From: Nemertoderma westbladi
Lineage: Eukaryota; Animalia; Xenacoelomorpha
Direction of reading: 5' to 3'
Assembly (NCBI GenBank): GCA_032718475.1
Contig: JAUCBJ010006495.1
Span: forward strand, 1 to 61,828
Length of the DNA stretch: 61,828 bases
Made by a program: the position numbers and the translations under genes. Positions 50,811 through 61,828 of the stretch are shown one piece after another. Each line of letters begins with the position of its first letter. The stretch's first letter is position 1. The notes beneath the pieces are model-generated. The model ran no database searches. It saw only the letters and a program-made list of their open reading frames with translations, and was not told where the DNA came from.

Positions 50811-51373
50811 TTGGCGATTATTGATTTTTCCCAAATGTGACTGACGGAAAATCGAATTACTTAACTGCGTTCACTTCAGTGAGTTAATGGCAAGCCAAAT
50901 TTTCAAATACATAGACCTCCCTATTATATCTCTAATGCTTTAGACTTTTCAGTTGATGCCCCCCCCCCCCCCCCCCCCCTGGATTTCAGCGATGGACAGG
51001 GGAAATATTTCAAACATTTTCCAAATGTTATTATAATGCTATAATTTATGCTATAATGCAAATGCTACAGTAAACTAAAATATGCTAAAAAATACTATAA
51101 TTTATGCCAAATGCTATAATATGTCAGGAAGGAATTTATGTTAGGTCCTTTGGTCGTTAGATCCTGTAACATTATGTCCAGCTATACAATAGATCCTTAG
51201 TTCCTGCTTAAGACAGTAGGTTTACTTATATTTACAGCTGATTAACGCTGTGTGAGCAAACTATATGTTGAGGGAGCGTATGAGCGGCATGTAAAGTTCT
51301 CCATGTCTTTGCTTGATTGAAATTATTAGGCGCAAGGAATACCCGTTGTAATATAAATTAATTATCACCTTAG

Positions 51374-51615
51374 GTTCTCCAAGCTATTCAGCCAATCACA
51401 GCCAACATCCAACAGCGGTTTGAGTCAAGGACAACCTACTGTCGTCCAGCCTGCCGGCCGGGACGACCTGGACGCAGACGGGTTAGGGAATAAACTCCTC
51501 CAACTTCTACAAAAGGGTGGTCAGCCTACCAGTAACGATAGTTCCGATGGTGTCCATGGTAACATCAATGACACTGGGAGTGTCAGCAGTGGAGTTGACA
51601 CTCCATCCCGTAAAG
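51374..51615 (+). CDS. EIF4ENIF1: 4E-T coding exon 6
   Basis: Acceptor TCACCTTAG, phase 2 in. Encodes FSKLFSQ...GNKLLQLLQK. Donor AAG|GTGTGT, phase 1. Confidence 0.8.
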
Positions 51616-51971
51616 GTGTGTCTTTACTAAGCATCGTTATGTATGGTTAATATTACTACCATATTTGTTAAATTATTTAATTAAAAAATAATGGTCATTT
51701 TCTAAATACTTTGGAGATAATATCACATTTATTACATAGGGAATAATCTTGCATATAATTTTATTTTTGTTTTGTAAATTTATTGATTTTGGTGGAATTT
51801 ATTAAATTTTTTACATGTTAAAAGAGCATCGAAGTAGAAAAGGTTTTTCACGTAGGCGTAATTTGAGCAAAACCCTCGCAAAATTGCACATACTCGAAAG
51901 TTATTTAGTGTCTCACTGTCAGTCTTTATACACAAAAACAGAACTCAATATGCAATACTATTGGCTTACAG

Positions 51972-52219
51972 ATGGGGACCTACCAGGTAGGGTCTGCACT
52001 GCCGCAGACCTGGAGGCTAGACTAACCAACCTACCGCCACCCACCGCACTGCCGGACCGTACCCCTGTATCCATAACAACCAGTCTTAGCAACTCAGACA
52101 GGGAATCAACCGCGGACACTCACGCCTTCGATATGTTTATCGCGAAAATAAAAGGGACTGGGAATTTAAGTGATTCGGCGCCGAGCTCGCAGGCTATAAG
52201 TCCTATCAGACCAGATGTT
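51972..52219 (+). CDS. EIF4ENIF1: 4E-T coding exon 7
   Basis: Acceptor GCTTACAG, phase 1 in. VCTAADLEARL and HAFDMFIAKIKGTG resemble 4E-T VLSVEEVEA and AFNKLVSTMKASG. Donor GTT|GTAAGT, phase 0. Confidence 0.8.
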
Positions 52220-52403
52220 GTAAGTTTGGGTAACGATATTATAAACTTATAAGAGAGGGAGGGAGGTCAGAACAATATTATTGGGCTATTTTCCCGTCGA
52301 CCCCAATATGTAATATTTGGAGCGATCTAACCTAACTTTTTGTATTAAGTGCATGCGCTCTTACATCGCTTTTATTTTAAATAATAATATTTGTTATCTC
52401 CAG

Positions 52404-53906
52404 CAGTCTGACGACGTATCCCAGGACGACTCGGAAGCCGAAGCCTTGAAACCGGAACACAAGCCGTCGACCCCCCTGCCGGAAGCCTCCGATATCAACC
52501 TGCCCTTCCTCCTCCCCAAAAACTTCTCGCTCACCTTCGCCGCAGCCTCCGAGGCCCCTAGGGGACTCGGTGCCGCCGACGACGGCACAATATACGCCGG
52601 CTACCACCACCCCAGCGCCCCCATCATGCCCCACAACGCCCCCCCACACAGTGCCCCCGACGCCCCCCACCATCCCTCGAACCCACTGCCCGGTTCCCAC
52701 TACCCCAACGCCCCCAATCCCCGCTCATTCCCGCCCACAGAGACCCAACCGACACCGGGCGACAAGGTGAACCCCTCATTGGTCGAGATGGTCGCCCGGG
52801 AGATACAGCAACAGCACGCGGGTTACACCAAACCCCCGCCCACGCATACATTCAGTAAGTCCATCCTACAGGAGGTGAACCCGGCCCTCGCCGCTGTGCT
52901 CACGCCCACGCAGCAGGACGAACTCGTTACCATGGCGGCGTGTGGACGCTACAAGGACGAAGAGATTAAACGTCGGGTCGCCGCCATGCTGCTGACCAAT
53001 CACAACACGGCCCTGGCCGGCAGCAGGGAGGCCGCCGCGGGATTGGCTAATCGGTTGCCCCGTAACCAACCTGTAACGCCGACCTCAGATCCGCGTTACG
53101 CATACCCCCCGCCACCGCTAGGGGGCGTCGGGTTCAATGACCCCGGCATGGCGGCGATGGCGGCAGCCCAGTGCGCCCAACAGCAGCCAATGGGGAGCCG
53201 GTTCGCCCAGTACCCGGGCGCTGGGTTCCCTCAGGGCGTTCAAGCGATGTTTAACTCCCAGTCTATGGGCCATCAGCACTTCGGTCTCCCTAACAACCTG
53301 AGTAAGTTCCCGATGGACAACCGGCGTTTCTACGATGACACACGCTCGCCACTAGGGGGCTCCAAGTCGACAGACTTCCTGCCCGCCTCTGTGCTGCGGA
53401 AACAAGCGGAACAATCGGGTAGCAGCTCGCGGGAAGACGAATCGGTCGGATACGCGATGGGTCACAACGTCGGAGGTTTGGGACAGAACATCGGTGGTTT
53501 GGGACAGAACGTCGGAGGTTTGGGGCAGAACGTCGGAGGTTTGGGACAGAACGTTGGAGGTTTGGGGCAGAACGTCGGTGGTTTGGGACAGAAAGTCGGA
53601 GGTTTGGGTCAGAACGTCGGTGGTTTGGGACAGAACGTCGGAGGTTTGGGGCAGAACGTCGGTGGTTTGGTGCAGAACGTCGGTGGTTTGGGGCAGAACG
53701 TCGGAGGTTTGTCGGACGACTCTGTTTTCCGAATGCACGACGACGTGTCGGCGTTTACATCCGTACCCCTCCAACAACAGAACATTTTTCCCAACCAGTC
53801 GTCGGCGGCAGTAGTTGCGGCCTACAAGGCGCAGAACCAGAGTCGTCTCGTCAACAGATCGCAGAGTCAGCAACAGCAGCAGATGATGTTGGACGAAAGA
53901 AACGCG
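52404..53906 (+). CDS. EIF4ENIF1: 4E-T coding exon 8 (Pro/Gln/Gly-rich disordered region)
   Basis: Acceptor TTATCTCCAG(CAG), phase 0. GC-rich 501-codon open frame containing DFLPASVLRK (cf. SFTPTSVIRK). Donor GCG|GTAAGT. Confidence 0.85.
53460..53711 (+). repeat. Coding 21-bp minisatellite, (GQNVGGL) x12
   Basis: 12 in-frame heptads with mostly synonymous variation. Confidence 0.95.
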
Positions 53907-53964
53907 GTAAGTCGGAACGACTATTTATCTTACAGAGGCTCGCTTTGTGCACAAAATACTGAGT

Positions 53965-54155
53965 CGTTTGTATAGCTCAGTAATTTGGAAGGTGCACCGG
54001 TTCAATTCGGCCATTGCCATAACCCAGCAGCACTGTGCAGGCACAACGGTTGTCACTAGCCGCTCACTGCTATCGTAGAAACTGATCAGCTATAAATGAT
54101 GTTGTTCTACTGCAGCCGGTTGGCGAGAGGAACCGTGGAGGTCAGCTATTATATT
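53965..54155 (+). mobile_element. Possible degenerate tRNA-derived SINE
   Basis: A-box-like TAGCTCAGT (53973) and B-box-like GGTTCAATTC (53999) with abnormally short spacing; no cloverleaf or TSD seen. Confidence 0.25.
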
Positions 54156-54616
54156 AAAGAATCACGCCATGGTGTCGGCACAGCAAAATAAGAAATATAA
54201 TATAATTAAATGCACAGCGCAGTATTTTAAAACAGATTAGATTTAATTAAAATTAATAAATAAAGGTCGGAGTTTAAAATAGGCAAACTAGGGGGTGGGG
54301 CAAGACAATGTTGCCCAGTGTCGAAGTGCTCGTGGTTATTGAAACGCTTAAAGACACCACCGGTCTTGGGAGTGGAGGTGTTGCGTTGTGGGGTCGGCCG
54401 ATGTAATGAATGTGGTGTGGCCCGTTGTATGTAATGGTGGTTGATAACATGAGATCGGGATTTAATACTTCCTATTACAGACATTTCGATCGTATTATTA
54501 CCTGTTTGTTAATTAAAAGTGTAGCAGCTGCTGCTATCTTGTAATAAAACTGATAATAATACAAAATCCTAAATTTAAGTCGCAATTATTAATTTGGCTA
54601 TTTTTTGTTATTTCAG

Positions 54617-55108
54617 CTTCGCAACTCTGCAGCATCAAACATCCCTAGTGGAATGTTTACTGGCGGCGTTGCACCGCCCATGTCCCAGTTAATGATGGCA
54701 CATTCCGTGGGCGGCAACCTGTCCACCCACGGAATGGTGCCATCGGCACAGGCCAGCGTGAATAACGCCTCAGTCGCTGCCATGCAGATGATGTACCAAG
54801 GCGGACAATCGGGGTTCCCCAACCCGCTGCAAGCGGGCGCACCCGGCTTCCCTAACCAACTACAACCCGGGCCAACCGTCACGGGATTCCCGAGCCCCCT
54901 CCACGGGGGCTTGAACGCCCAGGGATTCCCAAGTCCTATACAGGGCGGCTTCATGAGCCCTCACCAGACTGGGGCGGGGTTTCCCAGCTCGCACCACCAG
55001 CCGGGGTTTCCCAGCGCGCACCACCAGCCGGGGTTCCCTACCGCGCACCAGCCTGGGTTTCCCAGCTCACTAGACAGCAACCAACACCATTCCTCCCACA
55101 TGTTTTAA
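54617..55108 (+). CDS. EIF4ENIF1: 4E-T coding exon 9 (terminal)
   Basis: Acceptor TTTTTTGTTATTTCAG, phase 0; GC-rich frame to TAA; AATAAA at 55202-55207. The nine exons total 3693 nt, i.e. 1230 aa plus stop. Confidence 0.75.
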   Translation, partial: LRNSAASNIPSGMFTGGVAPPMSQLMMAHSVGGNLSTHGMVPSAQASVNNASVAAMQMMYQGGQSGFPNPLQAGAPGFPNQLQPGPTVTGFPSPLHGGLNAQGFPSPIQGGFMSPHQTGAGFPSSHHQPGFPSAHHQPGFPTAHQPGFPSSLDSNQHHSSHMF

Positions 55109-56155
55109 CACCCTGTCAATCACGTTTGATGATAACATAAGTGCAAATTGTGTTAAAAATTTATCTCGGTAACCTTTTATTTGTGCTATTATTAATATTA
55201 TAATAAATAGAACCCCTATATTGTCTATTATGTATCGTTTTGCGATTTCCCCTTTTTTGAATTAGTGGTTTTTTGGCTTGTACTATTTGATTACAAATAG
55301 GATGTGTACATATGTACTGTATGTAGTGTTGTATGTGTCACCTAATTGTGGACGGTTTTACTAAATACTGATTTGTTGATATCAAATAGCCACCAGTATA
55401 TTATTTACTGGCAGTCTTGGCTCACTCAGTGTTAGGTGAGTTTTATACACACCATGACACAATGATAACTAACTATTATATCGTTTGGGTAACCATAGTA
55501 ACAGGTTTTTTATTAGGGGATCTAGTCTCTATTGTATGTGTTCAATGCGCTAAACTATAATTTACAAATGATAATACGAACGAGTACATCACATCACAGC
55601 AAAGTTAAACCCAATCTTATGCAGTGCATTTTTATGACAGATCTCATTGCAGTCACTTTTACTATATCAAATATACAATAGAAGGCAATATCTGCCGGAC
55701 TAATTCTTGGAAAAATATTATTTCATATATTTACTTAAGTCAAACAAAAATATAATTTTGTTGATTATTTTGTTGACTTATTTTGTGTTATTTAGCGTGA
55801 TAACCTGGAAATAGTTAGCAATAAATGGTTCACTTAGACGCAGACATCCTCTACAATAGAGACTACATGCTGCCCCATCGCGTTGTCATATACTATTAGA
55901 TTCGATAGTTAATATATATCATTTATATAATATTTAGATTTTATATACCTACCCGTATGTAATGGTTAACTATAATAGTTGAATCAGTTGATTACTATAT
56001 TATATTAGTGCTTACAGCGTAATTATTGCGTTGATCCACATTTGTATTGTGTAGAATTAGATTGATTCCCCCCTGTATATTTCGTGGTACACTGTTTTTG
56101 TTCCGTTGTTCAATGTCTCAGTCGTAAACTCGACTGAGACATTGAACTCAATCAA

Positions 56156-58280
56156 CCAGGCACTCTCCCCAAGAGCTATTCAGCCAGGCACACTCCCCAA
56201 GAGCTATTCAGCAATAGGCTCTCTCCCAAGAGCTATTCAGCCAGGCATTCTCCCTAAGAGCTATTCAGCCATAGGCACTCTCCCAAGAGCTATTCAGCCA
56301 GACACTCTCCCCAAGAGCTATTCTGCCAGGCACTCTCCCAAGAGCTATTCAGCCATGCACTCTCCCAAGAGCTATTCAGCCAGGCACTCTCCCAAGAGCT
56401 ATTCAGCCAGACACTCTCCCCAAGAGCTATTCAGCCAGGCACTCTCCCAAGAGCTATTCAGCCAGGCACTCTCCCCAAGAGCTATTCAGCCAGGCACTCT
56501 CCCTAAGAGCTATTCAGCCAGGCACTCTCCCAAGAGCTATTCAGCCAGGCACTCTCCCAAGAGCTATTCAGCACTCTCCCAAGAGCTATTCAGCCAGACA
56601 CTCTCCCCAAGAGCTATTCAGCCAGGCACTCTCCCAAGAGCTATTCAGCCAGGCACTCTCCCAAGAGCTATTCAGCCAGGCACTCTCCCAAGAGCTATTC
56701 AGCCAGGCACTCTCCCCAAGAGCTATTCAGCCAGACACTCTCCCCAAGAGCTATTCAGCCAGGCACTCTCCCAAGAGCTATTCAGCCAGGCACTCTCCCA
56801 AGAGCTATTCAGCCAGGCACTCTCCCAAGAGCTATTCAGCCAGGCACTCTCCCAAGAGCTATTCAGCCAGGCACTCTCCCAAGAGCTATTCAGCCAGGCA
56901 CTCTCCCAAGAGCTATTCAGCCAGGCACTCCCCCAAGAGCTATTCAGCCAGGCACTTTCCCCAAGAGCTATTCAGCCAGGCACTCTCCCCAAGAGCTATT
57001 CAGCCAGGCACTCTCCCCAAGAGCTATTCAGCCATAGGCACTCTCCCAAGAGCTATTCAGCCAGGCACTCTCCCAAGAGCTATTCAGCCAGGCACTCTCC
57101 CAAGAGCTATTCAGCCAGGCACTCTCCCAAGAGCTATTCAGCCAGGCACTCTCCCAAGAGCTATTCAGCCAGGCACTCTCCCAAGAGCTATTCAGCCAGG
57201 CACTTTCCCCAAGAGCTATTCAGCCAGGCACTCTCCCCAAGAGCTATTCAGCCAGGCTCTCTCCCAAGAGCTATTCAGCCATAGGCACTCTCCCAAGAGC
57301 TATTCAGCCAGGCATTCTCCCTAAGAGCTATTCATAGCCATAGGCACTCTCCCAAGAGCTATTCAGCCAGGCACTCTCCCCAAGAGCTATTCAGCCATAG
57401 GCACTCTCCCAAGAGCTATTCAGACAGGCATTCTCCCTAAGAGCTATTCATAGCCATAGGCACTCTCCCAAGAGCTATTCAGCCAGGCACTCTCCCAAGA
57501 GCTATTCAGCCAGGCACTTTCCCCAAGAGCTATTCAGCCAGGCACTCTCCCCAAGAGCTATTCAGCCAGGCACTCTCCCCAAGAGCTATTCAGCCAGGCA
57601 TTCTCCCCAAGAGCTATTCAGCCAGGCACTCTCCCCAAGAGCTATTCAGCCATAGGCACTCTCCCAAGAGCTATTCAGCCAGGCACTCTCCCCAAGAGCT
57701 ATTCAGCCATAGGCACTCTCCCCAAGAGCTATTCAGCCAGGCACTTTCCCCAAGAGCTATTCAGCCAGGCACTCTCCCCAAGAGCTATTCAGCCAGGCAC
57801 TCTCCCCAAGAGCTATTCAGCCAGGCATTCTACCTAAGAGCTATTCAGCCATAGGCACTCTCCCCAAGAGCTATTCAGCCAGGCACTCTCCCCAAGAGCT
57901 ATTCAGCCAGGCACTCTCCCCAAGAGCTATTCAGCCAGGCACTCTCCCCAAGAGCTATTCAGCCAGGCATTCTCCCTAAGAGCTATTCAGCCATAGGCAC
58001 TCTCCCCAAGAGCTATTCAGCCAGGCACTCTCCCCAAGAGCTATTCAGCCATAGGCACTCTCCCCAAGAGCTATTCAGCCAGGCACTCTCCCCAAGAGCT
58101 ATTCAGCCAGGCACTCTCCCCAAGAGCTATTCAGCCAGGCACTCTCCCCAAGAGCTATTCAGCCAGGCACTCTCCCCAAGAGCTATTCAGCCAGGCACTC
58201 TCCCCAAGAGCTATTCAGCCAGGCACTCTCCCAAGAGCTATTCAGCCAGGCATTCTCCCTAAGAGCTATTCAGCCAGGTA
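56156..58280. repeat. 27/28-bp minisatellite C
   Basis: Unit CCAGGCACTCTCCC(C)AAGAGCTATTCAG, roughly 75-80 copies (estimated), decaying to about 58475. Confidence 0.97.
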
Positions 58281-59172
58281 TTCTTCCCAAAAGCTTTTCA
58301 GTCCGGCACTCTCCCGATGCCTTTCAATCAAACAGAGAGCCATTCCGCTAGGAATTCTCCCCAAGAGCCACAACACAGCACTCTCCCGAAAAGGAATTCG
58401 GAATCCCGATTTTCATGAAGCCACCGCTTTCAGTCAGGCACTTATCCAAGGGGCATTCAGCCAAGCATTCTCTCGGGGAGACCTTGTTTCTAATGTTTTA
58501 TTTTTCAAATTTTCTATTTTCCTAATAATATTAAATAACCACTTTCCTCATAAAGATTTATTTTAATTAGTTGTAGAATGAAAATTCGTATCCTATTGAG
58601 AAAGCTAGACCGATTGAGAATAACTTACTTTCTATTGCACCCATTTAATTTTTGTTTTAATATAGAGTATTCAACTGTATTCAACTAGATGATGTATGTA
58701 TCTTATTTTACGTCACATATTATATATATAGTCGTGTTAATCGCGGTACAGATACCTTTTTGAGAATTTTAGTTATTTCTTCATTATATTTTTCAGTGTT
58801 CGGTTATTAAATACATTTAGTTAATATTGAAAGCAAGGGATTTATATCAATGTTTAGTAATATAATGAATGGGTTGCTTTTCTACACGACTTTTTATTTA
58901 ATTATTCCTGCGGAAATCTTAAAGTCAGAAACCTTCGGACCCCCTAAGAGGACATAGAATCCTCTTATTTTCATTTAGTGAAGCCTAACTGACTACATTG
59001 AGATATTGAACATAGAGTAGCGGACATGTCAGCTAACTCAATACAGTGAGTAAATTTGTTGAAGTTGAACTTGAAAAATATTAATTTAATAAGAAAACAA
59101 TTAGTCACTGAGTTACTCTAGCCGGACTAAATACGTGAGTAGTATAGTAGGCCCGCCCTTTAATTTCTAACA

Positions 59173-59275
59173 TCCATATAAAATTAAATGAATCACCTCC
59201 CAAATCGAATAATATATAAAATGTATGTAACTGTACATCCCACGGACGCATCTCGCCAAAATAGCGAGTTGCTAG
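59173..59275 (+). mobile_element. Possible miniature non-autonomous Helitron
   Basis: A|TCCATATAAAATT at the left end, hairpin CTCGCcaaaataGCGAG and CTAG|T at the right end; no TSD, as expected for Helitrons. Confidence 0.45.
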
Positions 59276-59695
59276 TTCTTTAGCAGACCGTCGATGGGAG
59301 GAGATGTCAATAGACCAATCAAATGAAAGCTTATTATATCCTCTTCTTCTGCTACCACCTCAAGGATAACTACTTGCGATGCCATGATTCTTAGAAATCA
59401 CAATGAGGTAATGACATCAACAACTATTTATAGGGCTTAATACTCACACTCGAATAACTTCTTGAATTCACAAGCCTGGCAAACAATGACACTAATATCT
59501 TGGCCCAGTTATTGACTCTATAAGCTTTCAGCCTACGGCTTGCTACATACTGTAGCATGGGGCTGGTTGATTAGTTCAGTTGATCCTTCTAAAATTTTGG
59601 TATTGCGGATCACAGTGTTGTATGAATCATTATTGCTAGCATTCTTTAATTCAAACCACTAATAATTATGGCCGGGGTGGTGGTCTAAGAGTTCT

Positions 59696-61425
59696 ACATC
59701 CAAGCTCAACCCCACCCATCATCCAACCCCACCCCATATGCAACCCCATTCTCACCCCTCATCCAATCCCACCCCATATGCAACCCCATTCTCACCCCTC
59801 ATCCAACCCCACCCCATATCCAACCCAATTATCACCCCTCATCCAACCCCACCCCACATGCAACCCCATTTTCAACCCCACCCCATATGCAACCCCATTC
59901 TCACCCCTCATCCAACCCCACCCCATATGCAACCCCATTCTCACCCTTCTTCCAACCCCACCCCATATGCAACCCCATTCTCACCCCAAATCTAACCCCA
60001 CCACACATGCAACCCCATTATCACCCTCATCCAACCCCACTCCTACCCCAGATCCGACCCTACTCCCATCACGCACCCAGTTTTATAAAAATTACAATCA
60101 ATTTATTACTAAAATATAAACATTTTATACAAATTATATCAATTTATACACTAATATTTACAATTTATACAAATTACATTCGTTCGTTTAATTCGAGGTT
60201 ACATGTGGTGTGGGGCTATGTCAGGGTAGATAATTGGGTTGCATTCAGGGTGGGATTGGATGATAGGTGAGAATGGGGTTTCATATGGGATTGGGTGAGG
60301 GGTGAAAATGGGTTTGCATATGGGGGTGGGGTTGGATGAGGGGTGAGAATGAGGTTACATGTGGGTGTGGGGTTGGATGGGGCGTGAGAATGGGGTTGCA
60401 TATGGGGAGGGGTTGAATGAGGGGTGAGAGTGGGATTTCATGTGGGGTGGGGTTGGATGAGGGGTGAGAATTGGGTTGCATGTGGGGTGGGGCTAAATGA
60501 GGGGTGATAATTGGGTTGCATGTGGGGTGGGGTTGGATGGGGGTTGCATTTGGGGTGGGGTTGAATGAGGGGTGAGAATGGGGTTTCATGTGGGGTGGGG
60601 TTGGATGAGGGGTGAGAATTGGGTTGCATGTGGAGTGGGGCTATATGAGGGGTGATAATTGGGTTGCATGGGGGGTGAGAATTGGGTTACATGGGGGGTG
60701 AGAATGGGGTTGCATATGGACTGGGGTTGGGTGAGGGTGAGAATGCGCTTGCGTGTGGGGTGGGATTGGATGATAGGGAGGATGGGGTTCCATGTGGGAT
60801 GGGGCTATATGAGGGTAGATAATGGGGTTGCATGCAGGGTGGGATTGGATGAGAGGTGATAATGGGGTTTCATGTGGGGTGGGTTGGGTGTGGGGTGAGA
60901 ATGGGGTTACGTGTGGGGTGGGGTAAGATGAGGGGTGATAATGGGGTTGCATGTGGGGTGGGATTGGATTAGGGGTGATAATGGGGTTGCAATTGGGGTG
61001 GGATTGGATGGGGGGTGATAATGGGGTTGCATGTGGTGGGGCGGGATTGGATTAGGGGTGATAATGGGGTTGCATGTAGGGTGGGATTGGACTAGCGGTG
61101 ATAATGGGGTGGGATTGGACTAGGGATGATAATGGGGTTGCATGTGGGGTGGGATTGGATGATGGGTCAGAATGGGGTTGCAGGTGGGGTGGGGTTGGAT
61201 GAGGGGTGAGAATTGGTTGCATGTGGGTGTGGGGTTTGAAGGGGGGTGATAATGGGGTTGCATGTGGGGTGGTGTTAGATGAGGGGTGATAATGGGGTTG
61301 CATGTAGGTGTGGGGTTGGTAGAGGGATGATAATGGAGTTGCATATGGGGTGGGGTTGGATGAGGGGTGAGAATGGGGTGCATGTGGGGTGGGATTGGAT
61401 GAGGGGTGGGGTTGAGCTTGGATGT
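59696..61425. mobile_element. Foldback-like element with inverted arrays of a ~40-bp C/G-run minisatellite
   Basis: Outer inverted repeat ACATCCAAGCTCAACCCCACCC / GGGTGGGGTTGAGCTTGGATGT. Left arm about 59705-60080 (ACCCCACCCCATATGCAACCCCATTCTCACCCCTCATCCA)n, then an AT-rich spacer, then the reverse-complement arm about 60195-61410. Confidence 0.75.
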
Positions 61426-61828
61426 TTTGGAAATTGACAAAAAAGTTTTTTTATTCTAGCATGTACCGAATGTAATGGAGATTTCAAATCTGCAAGCAGT
61501 TTTCTCATATCTTTTCTCAAACGCAAGTTATTACCAAAAACGTAAGTGCTAGTCTAATTGTTGAAAAGCCTTCGAGCAGCACTATATTTTACAATTGTAC
61601 GGCGTCCTTTTCATAAAAAAGGCTCTCACGGTACAAATATGAATAACAGACAGAAATAGCCCTTGGCGCAAAAAGGCACTTTTGGCCATTACGGAGCCAT
61701 TTTGGGGCCAATTTAAAAAATATTTGTTTGGTTGTTCTCACGCATTCCAGACGATGTTTAGTAGCACGAAAAATAATTTTCACCCAATTTTATGGTCCAG
61801 AGACACAAAAATGTGAGGTTCAATTTGG

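Noticed and set aside
53965-54020. tRNA gene
   Set aside because: A- and B-box-like words are too close together and no cloverleaf forms; at most a SINE remnant.
52377-55048. Antisense and alternative-frame ORFs over exons 8-9
   Set aside because: Shadow ORFs of GC-rich coding sequence.
56106-57284. 392-aa ORF
   Set aside because: By-product of a 27-bp unit with no stops; 28-bp variants cycle it through all three peptide frames; TTG start.
59738-61526. Pro/His-rich extensin-like ORFs on both strands
   Set aside because: Translations of the 40-bp C-rich minisatellite.

Overview
This is eukaryotic, AT-rich animal genomic DNA, probably from an invertebrate; the species cannot be determined from the sequence. 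It holds two + strand protein-coding genes. The first is an intronless 1753-aa focadhesin-like gene (3719-8980). The second is a 4E-T/EIF4ENIF1 orthologue with 9 coding exons (15191-55108, about 1230 aa), assembled by hand with consistent intron phases at every junction. Introns and flanks contain three decayed non-LTR retrotransposons, several MITE/foldback and Helitron-like elements, and large tandem arrays. The most striking observation is that two sequence-distinct intronic arrays (about 2 kb and 18 kb) each start exactly at a 4E-T 5' splice site. Their monomers are copies of that exon-end/donor junction, so the real donor is followed by tens to hundreds of identical donor sites, and using any of them would read an immediate in-frame stop. 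A TIR-less element flanked by AC on both sides occurs twice. There is no CRISPR array, rRNA or convincing tRNA. Homology calls rest on recalled motifs, not database searches.
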